From contig JBBIRS010000002.1 of the NCBI GenBank assembly GCA_037441675.1, positions 199,249 through 263,248 on the forward strand: 64,000 bases of DNA. The letters run 5' to 3'. Shown here one piece after another: positions 51,362 through 61,790 of the stretch (within the stretch, counting starts at the first letter, position 1; every line of letters begins with the position of its first letter). The notes below the pieces were generated by a model. That model was not told where the DNA came from. It did no database searches and was given only the letters and a program-made list of their open reading frames with translations. Made by a program: the position numbers and the translations under genes. The stretch is from Planctomycetales bacterium (GTDB lineage Bacteria; 4484-113).

Positions 51362-52366
51362 ATGCTTTTTATGAAGCTCTTCAGGTTTAAAAAATGGTTT
51401 TGGTTTTTCGCCCACACTATGCTAGTGTTAACTGCTACTTCAGTTGTATTTGCGCAAGGAAATTCAGGAACCGCGGTCCCAAATGTTCAAGTCCTTTCAC
51501 TCTACGCATACCCCGAGGAGACCACAGCTAATAAACTTTCGGGTGTTTTTGTTTATCCGGAAGTAAGGCTCATCAATGTGGTTTTAGAGTTGGATTTAAG
51601 AGGCTATGCTGGCGAGAGGGAACTATCAATATTTTTAACTCTGAGCGATGACAAGAAGGTTCTCAAAAAAAAGAAGGAAAAGTATAAGCTCGCGGAGGGG
51701 GCGTATAAGTTTGATTTTCCCCATATGCTTGACCTGAAAAGCGTTTTCCAAGAGAAAAAAATAAAAATTTTTTCAGAGGTGACACTCTCAGGAGCGCCAA
51801 TTGTTGTTAGAGAAGAATACTTTGAAGTAAAGGGGCGTGAGTTACCCAAGTTGTATATTGAAGATTTCCTTCTCTTTTCGCGCAACTGGCAAAGTGAAGA
51901 CTACTTCTATCCAGGTGATAGCTTTAACGCTAATCTTTACTTTCGGGTTCAGGGTTTGGAGGAGCGAGAAAGACTTGAAATAAGAGTGGTGGGAGTGATT
52001 GAAGACGATTATGGTTTGAAGATTGAGCCTGAGGGGAGATACTTTCCTTACGAAACCTTTTGGGAGGATGGGGCTGGACCTCGTGGAGATGGTAGATACA
52101 TCTTTGTTTTTAACGGCTCATTTCCCAACTACTTCTATGACTACGGAAGATTTGAACATCCATTCACAATCCACGTCTTGTTTTTGCTAGATGAAGTAAT
52201 CGTGGAACGCGTAAGACTTCATGGTGAAGTGCGAGTTAAAAACCCAGGCATTGAGTATGAATCCCCCGATGAGGAGGCAAGGACAATTAAAATTGAGCAC
52301 TCAAGTAGATGGCGATTGCGCAAAATTTCCGAAGATTATCAGATTGAGGATAGACCTGAATATTGA
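51362..52366 (+). CDS. Hypothetical exported protein
   Basis: 334-aa ORF with signal peptide ending VFA-Q; beta-rich. Confidence 0.75.
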   Translation: MLFMKLFRFKKWFWFFAHTMLVLTATSVVFAQGNSGTAVPNVQVLSLYAYPEETTANKLSGVFVYPEVRLINVVLELDLRGYAGERELSIFLTLSDDKKVLKKKKEKYKLAEGAYKFDFPHMLDLKSVFQEKKIKIFSEVTLSGAPIVVREEYFEVKGRELPKLYIEDFLLFSRNWQSEDYFYPGDSFNANLYFRVQGLEERERLEIRVVGVIEDDYGLKIEPEGRYFPYETFWEDGAGPRGDGRYIFVFNGSFPNYFYDYGRFEHPFTIHVLFLLDEVIVERVRLHGEVRVKNPGIEYESPDEEARTIKIEHSSRWRLRKISEDYQIEDRPEY

Positions 52367-52499
52367 AAATCCCAGTAAGCTAATATGAATAAAATAGTCC
52401 CCCCATATAGCATATTTGAATGGTTAGTAAGATGCTTAGAATATGCCCAGGCCCGGATGATTATTACCCAATACTCATGACTAAGATAAAATACCCCTA

Positions 52500-53795
52500 G
52501 TGAAAAGTAAGTTCAAACGTTTTACGAAAATTGCTTTTATATCATTTATCGTAGCATCTGGCATCATTCTCAGTGCCTGTCAAGATGGAAAAGACAGAAA
52601 GCAAGCCCAAGATGAAGTTGGCGGATTAAATAAAACTGAGCTTCTTTTTTGGGGGATAAAAGATGGTGAATTGACGCTCTTCTCTAGTTCTGGAATTGCA
52701 AGGAAAGTCGAAAGGCTTAAAGGAAAAATAGTTACAGATTTTAAGCTTCAAGGAAATACCCTTTATGTTTCCACCGCCGGCGAGTTTGCAATTCTAAACG
52801 AAGATAACACTGAAGTAATCAATGTTGTTCCAAAAGATGATACAACCAAAATATATATAAACGACCTTGAGGTTTCCGAAGATAATAATTCAGCGCTTCT
52901 AGCTGGATTCAATCCCAGTTCAAAGATAAACCAAACTTTCCTAAAAGTGTTGTCAATTCGCTCTAAGGAGATTGTGAATGTGTCTCTAAGGGACTATCAG
53001 CGGAGTTTGGCGGTGTGGGAATTGGGCTCAATAATTGAAGATAAAGATGTTGTATGCTTCCTCGTGAATTTATTTGATCCCGATAACGGAAACATTTTGT
53101 TAAGGGTAGGCATTGATGGGAGAAGTGAACAGATATGGGAGAGCGCGAATGTTCCTGGTGTGGGGAAGGCAGGGGAAATTGAAGATTACAAAGAAGGCGA
53201 AATATTATCAGCAACGCTTAGTGACTTTATTCCGTTTAATAATGGCGTATTTCTCTTTCTTTCCTTGCTTAGCCCTGATGGAATAGCTCAGAGTGAGGCT
53301 TGGAATCTCAATATAGAAGAAGGGATAATAAAAGACAAGATTAAACTTTCCTCAGAAAAAGAGCAAGAAGAAGAGCAAATCTTTCTAGATGTTGATTTTT
53401 CGGTTCAAGGCGAGAAATTATTTTTCACCCGCTTGTCTACGGATACTTCATCTAAATACGCAGTATCAAACGACAAAGTGCAGGATGTTAACTCAGCCAA
53501 TACCAATGAAAACTTCATCCTTAAACTAGTTGAATTTAACTTAAATTCCAAAGAGCAGAAGGAGCTTAAAACCTTCAAGTTAAATGAGTATTCTAAAGAA
53601 GAATTTTACAGTTCAAAAATATTTCCCCAAGATCAAATCCTTATTCTCATATATAAGGAAAATAATGGCTACTTAGCAATTCCTTTAAGTTTTGGAGGAG
53701 AAGTTCTAGCAGAAGCTTTTAATCTGGATAAACCAAAAGTACTATTGATTAATGAGCAGTTAAATTTCTTACTGGATAAGCAGGAGAGAGGATAA
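52500..53795 (+). CDS. Hypothetical lipoprotein, probable beta-propeller
   Basis: ILSA-C lipobox; 431 aa, beta-rich. Confidence 0.75.
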   Translation: MKSKFKRFTKIAFISFIVASGIILSACQDGKDRKQAQDEVGGLNKTELLFWGIKDGELTLFSSSGIARKVERLKGKIVTDFKLQGNTLYVSTAGEFAILNEDNTEVINVVPKDDTTKIYINDLEVSEDNNSALLAGFNPSSKINQTFLKVLSIRSKEIVNVSLRDYQRSLAVWELGSIIEDKDVVCFLVNLFDPDNGNILLRVGIDGRSEQIWESANVPGVGKAGEIEDYKEGEILSATLSDFIPFNNGVFLFLSLLSPDGIAQSEAWNLNIEEGIIKDKIKLSSEKEQEEEQIFLDVDFSVQGEKLFFTRLSTDTSSKYAVSNDKVQDVNSANTNENFILKLVEFNLNSKEQKELKTFKLNEYSKEEFYSSKIFPQDQILILIYKENNGYLAIPLSFGGEVLAEAFNLDKPKVLLINEQLNFLLDKQERG

Positions 53796-53830
53796 TAATA
53801 ATTAGAGATGATGAATGCTGAACGCATCCG

Positions 53831-54748
53831 TTATTTACATCTCTCTATATAATCAGAAATTGCAATCGTAAGGGGTGGGAGAGGAGCGAGCCCAAGGGAA
53901 AGATAGCGTTCAAGGGAGAGGATTGCGCGTCTTGGACGTGGAGCATCTCGGAGATAATCCTGCGCTTTTACTGGTATGAGCCTATCCTTAGGTATACCAA
54001 GTCTTTCCAGGTAGAGCTGTGCCCAATCATAGTATGTCAGAATGTCAGTTCCTCGTAGGTGATATATACGTCTCGCAGCTGAATTGAGAAGATTCAGCAC
54101 GGCTTCTGCGAGAAAGGGCGCGTAGGTTGGTGTGGCAAATTCATCATTGACGACTTTTATCGCTAATTCTGTATCCAGCTTTTCCCTAATTGCTGCAAGG
54201 AAATTTCTGCCACCGGGAGCGAATACCTGCGCAGTCCGTATCACCAACGAATTCTCATACTCAAGCGCGTAAAACTCGCCCGCCAGCTTGCTTCTGCCGT
54301 AAGCGTTTATCGGCTCAGGTATCTCATCCTCAGAATATTCGCCATCATCCTTCCCGGGAAAGACATAATCCGTGGAAAAATAAATGATCCTAGCTCCTAC
54401 CTCTCTTGCTCCTAGTGTAACATGTTCAGTTCCCGTAGCATTCACGAGCATCGCCTCTTCGGGGTTCCTCTCGCAGTAGTCCACCTTTGTAAGGGCTGCG
54501 GTATGATAAATCACCGTTGGGCGGCATTCCCGAATAACCTTTTTCACGCTGAAAAGGTCGGTAATGTCCATTTCGACTCTACCGATTGTGCGAACATTAG
54601 CCAGCCCGCGCTTCTCCAGCGCACAAGCCAGCGCAGTGCCGAGTTGCCCCTTGCCGGTGATGAGAATTCTTTCCTCTGCGTGAATTCCGATTTGCACGGA
54701 GGTAATTTTAGTCCTCAGCAAAGCTCCTGCGCAAATTGAACTTTCCAC
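53831..54748 (-). CDS. rfbD: dTDP-4-dehydrorhamnose reductase
   Basis: GQLG, AALTKVD, STDYVF, YGRSKLAGE, VVNDE..TPT and APRP motifs; real start probably nearer 54697. Confidence 0.92.
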   Translation of the reverse strand: MESSICAGALLRTKITSVQIGIHAEERILITGKGQLGTALACALEKRGLANVRTIGRVEMDITDLFSVKKVIRECRPTVIYHTAALTKVDYCERNPEEAMLVNATGTEHVTLGAREVGARIIYFSTDYVFPGKDDGEYSEDEIPEPINAYGRSKLAGEFYALEYENSLVIRTAQVFAPGGRNFLAAIREKLDTELAIKVVNDEFATPTYAPFLAEAVLNLLNSAARRIYHLRGTDILTYYDWAQLYLERLGIPKDRLIPVKAQDYLRDAPRPRRAILSLERYLSLGLAPLPPLTIAISDYIERCK

Positions 54749-54800
54749 CGCCTTTTTGGTCTAATAAAATTGCTTATTCTCAAGATTTGGAGGATTTGAA

Positions 54801-55613
54801 ATGAAAACGAGACTTCTGCTGATGCTAATGGGGGTTTTGGCGTTTCTTACCTCTTCTGCTCCCCATGCAAACGAGGAATGGGAAAGTCTGTCCGCCGATA
54901 GTGCGCTCATCAGGCAGGCGTAGACGAATGCGCTTATAATTCAGCTTGCCATTGAACGCTACAATCAGGATAAGGGCTACTACCCCGAGTATCTCATCGG
55001 CGGCGATAACGGTTTCTACTTTGAGCTTGAGTACCTCGGCAAGTTAAAGGATGGCGAGGCGCCGATTGACCCACTCATCACTGAGGATTACTTCAGCGAA
55101 TACCCGCTCAACCCGTTTGCGGTGGTGACGCTTTCAGGTTCGCAGGTTTATCCGAACCCCCTAACCCTTTGGCAGGACGCTCACAACGACCCCTACCGTG
55201 TCATACCAAACGTTCAAGGCTTAAACTACCGCTTCGGCAAGCTCTCCCTATCAATGGGCAACGTAATGGATGACCCACGTTTCGGTCAGGCGGGCTTTGG
55301 CTACCAGTGCTGGAACGTAGAAGGTTTAACGTGGTCGGAACGTGCACGGCTCGCGGGTAACTTCTTCTACAAGAGCTTCACGCCAAAAGGCGTAGACCAT
55401 CCCACCTGCTACATCTTTGGGATTTACGGACCTCCCGGCTGGCTTGGGCAGGACGTTATCGGCAAAGCTCACGCAGGACTTGAGGAGTACGCTAGCGCAC
55501 CTGAGGGAAGCGGACGCCCTTTCAGCTTGACCGCTGACGATAAACTCGCCTTTGGCAATCCAGATGGCGAGCGCGACGGCTTGATGATGGTCTTAACCAG
55601 CGTTTCCTCGTAG
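54801..55613 (+). pseudogene. Exported pseudopilin/GspG-like-domain protein interrupted by one in-frame TAG
   Basis: RBS GGAGG and ATG 54801, signal peptide, TAG at 54921-54923, then in frame NALIIQLAIERYNQDKGYYP...DPLI..Y...YPLNPF into ORF 55122-55613. Confidence 0.7.
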
Positions 55614-55743
55614 GGCGGAGTCTCCCCTCCACCCCGGCATCTTCCCCCTGTAGTGCGGGTTCACACTGAAATGTTCACTCTGTATGGCTGAGGGTTTGCT
55701 CCCGCCGTTCTTGCTGTAAGGCGGGCAAGCCGTGTGCACTACA
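55610..55743. repeat. REP-like cluster between convergent genes
   Basis: gtagggcgg at 55610; inverted pair tgtagtgc (55649-55656) / gcactaca (55736-55743); internal segments shared with 35676-35700 and 58476-58506. Confidence 0.7.
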
Positions 55744-55831
55744 AGAATATCTCAGCACTCTAGAGTAAATTCTCAGTGATGGGTCTACCATCAATCCCAC
55801 GCTGGATTGACCTGATGAGCGCAGTAGTAAT

Positions 55832-56347
55832 TTAACCCCCGGCGCTATCCACCCTCTGCACCTCCTGCTCTGGGTTATTCCGTTTAACTTCTTCAATCCA
55901 TTCCTCTATAGCTTTTCCTTCAAGCTTAATGCCAGGGGCAATTTCCCCCATTGGAATTAATACAAAGAGCCTTTCCTTCGCGCGCGGATGCGGAACTACA
56001 AGCTCAGCGGAAACCACCGTGTACTTTCCATACATTATGATGTCAATGTCTATCGTTCTGTCTTCGGGAAGCTTTTCTTTTATTTCATTCCTATCCCTTC
56101 TTCCAAGATAATATTCAATCTTCTTTATTTCCTCAAGCAACTGAATAGCAGATAGGACGGTTGAAAGTTTTACCACGCAGTTAAGAAATGAATTCTGGGT
56201 TTTCATCCCCACTGGAGAAGTCTCATATAGAGAAGATTTCTTTGTAACCGCGGTTCTGGGTAGAGCTCTAAGCATTTCTATCGCAGTTTCTATATAACTT
56301 TTTCTCTCACCCAGATTACTGCCGAGAGATAAATAACAATCGTACAT
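55832..56347 (-). CDS. folK: 6-hydroxymethyl-7,8-dihydropterin pyrophosphokinase
   Basis: MYDCYLSLGSNLG, SSLYETSP, RTIDIDI and VPHPR..ERLFVL.P motifs. Confidence 0.95.
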   Translation of the reverse strand: MYDCYLSLGSNLGERKSYIETAIEMLRALPRTAVTKKSSLYETSPVGMKTQNSFLNCVVKLSTVLSAIQLLEEIKKIEYYLGRRDRNEIKEKLPEDRTIDIDIIMYGKYTVVSAELVVPHPRAKERLFVLIPMGEIAPGIKLEGKAIEEWIEEVKRNNPEQEVQRVDSAGG

Positions 56348-56502
56348 AAAATTGCACCCAAAATTATATACTATATTTCGAAGTATGATTAGGGCTATAT
56401 GAGCTTTTCTAATAAACCTTATCTCGGAAGTCATTTAGCTAATAGACTTCTTGCTCTTTCAATTACTTTGCTCATTTATCAGCCTTGGGTATCATAATAT
56501 AA

Positions 56503-58470
56503 GTGGAGAGTCGATGGGAAAGTATAATCTCAGCCATTCCCGAATCCTGCGGGGTTTACGAGTTCAAGGATGCTCGGAAGAAAATCTTGTACGTTGGCAA
56601 GGCGGTGAACTTGCGGGCACGAGTCCGTTCATACTTTACCGACTCGTTTATCAAATCGCCAAAGGTTCGGAAACTTGTTGAGCGCGCTCGCGATGTTTCC
56701 TACATTCTCACCAAGAACGAGTTTGATGCGCTTGTGCTGGAGGCGAATCTCATCAAGCAGTTCAGGCCTGAGTTTAATGTCCTGATGAAGGATGATAAGA
56801 GCTTTCCCTACATTCACCTGACGAATGAGCCCTATCCCCGCGTTGTGATAACTCGAAGGTATGAACCAAAGCGGGGGGAATACTGGGGACCTTTCACCTC
56901 GCTACACCACGTTCGCCATGCGGTGAGGTTCGTTGCGGGGCTTTTGGGCGTCCGGACCTGCAAGCTTGAGATTGACGGTAAAAAGTTTTATGACCGCCCC
57001 TGCATAGATTATCACTTGAAGCTTTGCACTGCGCCCTGCGTGAATTACGTCAGCAGAGAAGATTACCTCACCCAGTGTAAAGCACTCTCCAGTTTCTTCA
57101 TGGGTAAATACGGTGACGTTAGAAAAATGCTCGAGGAGCGAATGAAGGATGCATCTATGAAACTTGCCTACGAATCAGCCGCGCATTACCGCGATCTCCT
57201 TAAGAGCATTGACCGAGTGATTCAAAAGACTCAGGTCTTAGGCAAGCCTTCGGATGAGCTTGACGCAATCGGGATTTGCGTTTTCGGTGATGATTTGATG
57301 GCGCTCGTTATGCAGGTGCGGGAGGGCAAGCTCGTTGGTGACAGGGAGTTCGTTTTAAAAAACGAGCTTGGTGAAACTATAAAAGACATCCTAGAAAATT
57401 TCATTAAGCTCTACTACTTCCCTCCACAGAACATCCCGCGAGAGATTCTGCTTCCAATGGAGCCTACAAATTTAGAACTCCTTGAGAAGTTTCTGGCAAT
57501 GCAGAAAAAGGGAAGCGTGAAAATTTTAGTTCCTAAACGCGGATACAAATCAGAAATCCTTGAGTTAGCTGAAAAAAACGCGGTAGAGCGAATGCGAAAG
57601 TATAAAATCAGAGGCGAGCGCAAGGCGGAGCCGGGCGAGGCGGAGCGGATCCTTCAGGATTTGTTTAATCTTTCAGTGTTACCAATTAGGATTGAAGGCT
57701 ACGACATCAGCAACATCCGTGGCAAGCAGGCGACAGGCTCAATGGTGGTGTTTATAAATGGCAAGCCTGATCCGAAGGAGTACCGCCTGTTCAACATCAA
57801 ACTAAAGGAAACGCCGGATGATTTTGCAATGATGCGGGAGGTTCTCAGGCGGAGGTTAGTGAGGATGATGACAGATGAGAAGTGGCAGGCGGTCCCTGAC
57901 CTCGTCCTCCTTGACGGCGGAAAGGGGCAGGTAACCGCTGTGCTCGGCGTGGTGAGGGAGCTTCAGGAAGACCCAGGCTTCTCAACCGAGCAGAAGTCGC
58001 ATTTCAATGAAATTAAGTTTGTTGGGCTTGCCAAGGCGGAGGAAATCCTCATTGACACGCTTGAAAACAACGACGATGGCAGTGAAAAGTGTAGTGAGGG
58101 GTTCAGGGAAATTAAGCTAGACGAGACGAATCCGGGGCTATCGCTTCTCGTGAAGGTTCGCGATGAGGCGCACAGGTTTTGCAGGAAACTCCACCTCGCA
58201 CGTCGTCAGAAAGCAGTTTACCACTCCGCATTGGATGAGGTTGAGGGCGTAGGTCAGGCGAAACGCAAGCGTCTGCTTGCTAAGTTCGGAAGCATTGCTA
58301 AGATGCGGGAGGCAGGCGTGGAGGAAATTGCAAAGGTCCCTGGCATTGGCTTGAACCTGGCACAGCGCATCTACGCGAAGCTGTTGGAGGAGTCCTTTAT
58401 GGAGATCGCGGTTGAGGAGATGAAAATAAAGCGCGTCATTCGCCTCAAGCGCGTCACCCCAAAGGAGTGA
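56503..58470 (+). CDS. uvrC: Excinuclease ABC subunit C
   Basis: GVY..YVGKA..LR.RV.SYF GIY-YIG, Cys-rich region, UVR coil, RIEGYDISN, DGGKGQ, RDEAHRF and HhH motifs. Confidence 0.97.
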   Translation: MESRWESIISAIPESCGVYEFKDARKKILYVGKAVNLRARVRSYFTDSFIKSPKVRKLVERARDVSYILTKNEFDALVLEANLIKQFRPEFNVLMKDDKSFPYIHLTNEPYPRVVITRRYEPKRGEYWGPFTSLHHVRHAVRFVAGLLGVRTCKLEIDGKKFYDRPCIDYHLKLCTAPCVNYVSREDYLTQCKALSSFFMGKYGDVRKMLEERMKDASMKLAYESAAHYRDLLKSIDRVIQKTQVLGKPSDELDAIGICVFGDDLMALVMQVREGKLVGDREFVLKNELGETIKDILENFIKLYYFPPQNIPREILLPMEPTNLELLEKFLAMQKKGSVKILVPKRGYKSEILELAEKNAVERMRKYKIRGERKAEPGEAERILQDLFNLSVLPIRIEGYDISNIRGKQATGSMVVFINGKPDPKEYRLFNIKLKETPDDFAMMREVLRRRLVRMMTDEKWQAVPDLVLLDGGKGQVTAVLGVVRELQEDPGFSTEQKSHFNEIKFVGLAKAEEILIDTLENNDDGSEKCSEGFREIKLDETNPGLSLLVKVRDEAHRFCRKLHLARRQKAVYHSALDEVEGVGQAKRKRLLAKFGSIAKMREAGVEEIAKVPGIGLNLAQRIYAKLLEESFMEIAVEEMKIKRVIRLKRVTPKE

Positions 58471-58475
58471 GCGGC

Positions 58476-58620
58476 TGTAGGACGGATTTACACTGAAGGG
58501 TTAACCTTTAGGGCGAGGACCTGTGCCCCGCCGTCTTGGCGCGATACGACTTCGCGCCCTACAGATAATTCTTCCGCTATTGCGATTTTGATTTGCACGG
58601 ACATTCTCGTCCGTGCCAAA
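58476..58620. repeat. REP-like cluster between convergent genes
   Basis: tgtagg..., tagggcgaggacctgtgccccgcc, ggcgcgatacgacttcgcgccctaca, plus hairpin gcacggac-attctc-gtccgtgc. Confidence 0.8.
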
Positions 58621-58757
58621 TTGCTCAGACATTTCTTTATGTACCACTATCGTCATTTAGTCTACGCAAAGAAACGTTGAAGTATTCGGGGTAAATACTT
58701 ATCATCAAAGCCACATCTCTCATTAGTTACGCTTATTCTTTCTTAGTACCAGAATAT

Positions 58758-59681
58758 TTAGTACCAGAGCCTCCCATAATTCTTCTTGGCATATTCAAGA
58801 GCTTCACCAGATAGTGGCTCCCGCTTAAGTTTTTTTAGGCCTGTAATCGCATCTTTAAGCCCCGTGAAAAACTCACGCAGTTTCAGCTCTCGCACCGCTT
58901 GGAGACCGAAAAATGCTGTCCAAAACGTGATGTAAGTTAGAATGTAAGGAAAGGGAATATGTTTGTAGCAGAGTAAAATGCGATTTCTAATATAGTAGTA
59001 GAGTTCCCCCCTTTTGCTTCCACTGCTTACAACAGATTTCTCTGGGAAGTGATGGGCAATTGCTTCTGGGCAGTAAAGAATTTCCAGGCCACTTTTAATT
59101 GCTCTATATGCGAAGTCTAGCTCTTCACCTCCAAAAACTAGCCCGGAGTGATAGTTCCCCACCTTTTCATAGGCGTCCCTGCTGATGGCGTGAAGTGCGC
59201 CTATATAGTAGGAAACCTTTGTGGCTCGGTTTACAATTTCGGGATCCTTTCTGATTTCTTTCTTGCTGAAGGGCACCTGGAAGTTATACTTCACATCTCT
59301 ATGATTAATAATCTTAGTTGCCAATATCCCCAATTTGGGGTTCTTTTCAAAAGTATCCACTATTCTTTTGAGGGTCAATTTGTCGTCAAGGGTAGCATCA
59401 TCATCTATTATCACAAAGTATTTCCCAGAAGCGCTTGCCATCAGCAGGTTTCTTCCATCTGCGACGCCAAGTTGAGTGTCACTTCTAATGCACCTTAATC
59501 GAATGTCCGTAATTTTCTCCTTTACCCGAGCACATACATCATGCTTCACCGAGCAATCATCTAAGACAATAACCTCAAGGTTCGGGTAATCTGAAGCGAG
59601 AACACTTTCCAGGCAACGCAATAGGGTATCTGGTCTCTCCCGAGTATTTATTAGTACTGAAACAAGTGGATGCTCTTCCAT
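58758..59681 (-). CDS. Glycosyltransferase family 2
   Basis: VSVLI, VLDDCS, GRN, IIDDD and GEELDFAYR motifs. Confidence 0.92.
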   Translation of the reverse strand: MEEHPLVSVLINTRERPDTLLRCLESVLASDYPNLEVIVLDDCSVKHDVCARVKEKITDIRLRCIRSDTQLGVADGRNLLMASASGKYFVIIDDDATLDDKLTLKRIVDTFEKNPKLGILATKIINHRDVKYNFQVPFSKKEIRKDPEIVNRATKVSYYIGALHAISRDAYEKVGNYHSGLVFGGEELDFAYRAIKSGLEILYCPEAIAHHFPEKSVVSSGSKRGELYYYIRNRILLCYKHIPFPYILTYITFWTAFFGLQAVRELKLREFFTGLKDAITGLKKLKREPLSGEALEYAKKNYGRLWY

Positions 59682-59872
59682 TGTAAGTTCGAAAATGGAG
59701 AAATTATCAAACTGACAATTTTATCAGAATTTAGCCCACAATTTTCCAGAGGTGGTAGAGTACGAAAGATAATTTAGATTGCAAAAGTAAAGTAGCGTTA
59801 GAAAATTTCGTCAGGCTATGGATAATACATCTGATATAATCTACCTTTAGCTTAACCTCTCTCTACTACCAA

Positions 59873-60540
59873 ATGGAAAGCAATAATACTGGCAGCCGGA
59901 ATGGGAACAAGACTGGGCATGGATTTGCCCAAAAGCCTTATCAAGCTGAAGACTGGAAAAACTATCCTTGAGCACCAATTAGAAAATCTACAGAAGCACA
60001 TTTCACTGCAAGATATAAGGATTATGGTGGGATATAAGTCGGAGATGATTAACGCTCTTTACCCCGACATAAAGTGTGTCAAGAACGAATCTTTCGAAAC
60101 AACCAACACTGCACGCAGTTTACTGCTTGGCTTAAGGGTAATGAAAATGAGGATATTCTCTAGCTAAACTGCGACGTGGTATTTGACCATAAAATTATTG
60201 AAAGGCTAGTCACAAAGCCATTTTCCTGCATGGCGGTAAACACATCATCCGTAGGGGAAGAGGAAATCAAGTATTTAGTGAATGATGATGGATCAATTTG
60301 AGCAGTTTCAAAGGATATTTCTCATGCACTGGGAGAAGCGGTTGGCATAAACTTTGTTAAAGCTTGCAACTTTTCTTTGCTAAGGAATGGCTTAATTAAC
60401 TGCTCAGCCACAGATTATTTTGAGAAAGGTATTGAGTTAGCTATAAAAAACGGATTAAAGATATATCCGCTTGATGTTACCGACCTCAATTGTGTTGAAG
60501 TGGACTTCCCCCAAGACCTTGAGTATGCGAATACTTTTGG
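59873..60540 (+). pseudogene. LicC-like phosphocholine/sugar-phosphate cytidylyltransferase pseudogene
   Basis: KAIILAAGMGTRLG..PKSL, TNTARSL, EDIL*LNCDVVFD, GEAVGINF, DYFE, VEVDFPQDL; frameshifts near 59876 and 60140, TAG near 60161, TGA near 60299. Confidence 0.85.
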
Positions 60541-61705
60541 CTTTTTCCCTCGCAACCCTAGAATCTGGGCATTTGGTGTTATCGTGGGGAAACGATCTGA
60601 GATAACTCAAAGTATCTTTATCTTCACCTCTCAAAGTACCACAAAGATACAGTAACGCTAGTACGGATATCAAGAAACAGGAATCTCGTGAAAAAGCTCG
60701 TAAACCAGGGTTCCCGCGAGGAATACTCTATTCCCTTAAGGGAATACTCCTCGCCTTAACAAGCAAAGTATTGTTCTTTACCCACATGTTAGCTCGTATA
60801 TCCTTTTGGCTATCTCGGCGCGCACTTAAAGTAGAGCTTTGGCACAGTATACCCTTAAAGGCAATACAATGGGACTCTAAGGTTGAACGATTTGCAGCAA
60901 CTGGGATTCTCTTTCTCATCTATAAACTATTTACGCAACGGGCCCATGAAAAGGAAGAACTTTACGCTGCGCCATCTGAAGCTATACGAGACATTTTCCT
61001 TTCAGCCCTTCGTGCGAGAAGAGAAAGCATATTAATTGCGGGACTTCCCAGAAACGATTCACTATTCAATCTGCCGGATGGCTTTTTAATTGGGGGGATG
61101 AAACCGCCTATGAAAGTCTCAAGAAAGCTAAAGAAAATAATAAAAACATCATTTTGTACATGCCAACTTTTAGAGATGTGCAGCGAACAAAGCACAATCC
61201 CGAGATAGAAATGGGGGAATTCGCAGAATATTAAATTGAGCTTAACGCAGTTCTCGCAGTGAAACCTCATCAGAGCAAGATTGAAATCATTTCCCCCTTT
61301 CAAGAGAAAAATGTTGTTTTTATAAATCCGCTTTCAGACCCTTACCCATTTCTTACGCTGGCTGATGTGCTTATTACAGATTATTCTTCTGTGTATTTTG
61401 ACTTCTTGCTTCTTAATAAGCCAATTATTTTTTATCCGTATGACTATGATGAATATGTAAAATACTGTAGAAGATTTTATTTTGATTATTTCTCCTTTAC
61501 TCCTGGCGAAAAGGCCTACACAATTAAAGATTTGTTGCTAGCGCTGAAATCCTGTTTGGCTTCAAGTACAGAATATATGAAGCATTTTGAAAGAGAAAGG
61601 CAAAACGTTCTCAATGTCTACTATGAGAGTGAGAGTATTTGCTCCCGTGCTTCAGAGCGAATTTATGAGCATGTTTACTCGCTTCCCTTCGGAAAAACGC
61701 CCTGA
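60541..61705 (+). pseudogene. CDP-glycerol glycerophosphotransferase (TagF/TagB-like) pseudogene
   Basis: FFPRNPRIWAFG, LWHSIPLK, GLPRND, YMPTFRD, KPH, DVLITDYSSVYFD and KPIIFYPYD motifs spread over several frames. Confidence 0.85.
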
Positions 61706-61790
61706 ACAAATAGAACTTGCTTAGAATAATCGGCTTGCTGAATAAGCCCATCATAAGATGGATTAACTTGACCTTGCCCAGTTATAAGGA

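Noticed and set aside
6681..60163. Genome-wide TAG reassignment (code 15) or pyrrolysine
   Set aside because: TAG ends intact genes at natural C-termini (8557, 11283, 32806, 43398, 48287). Most TAG-interrupted genes also have frameshifts or TAA/TGA stops, and no pyl genes are seen. KamA is not PylB.
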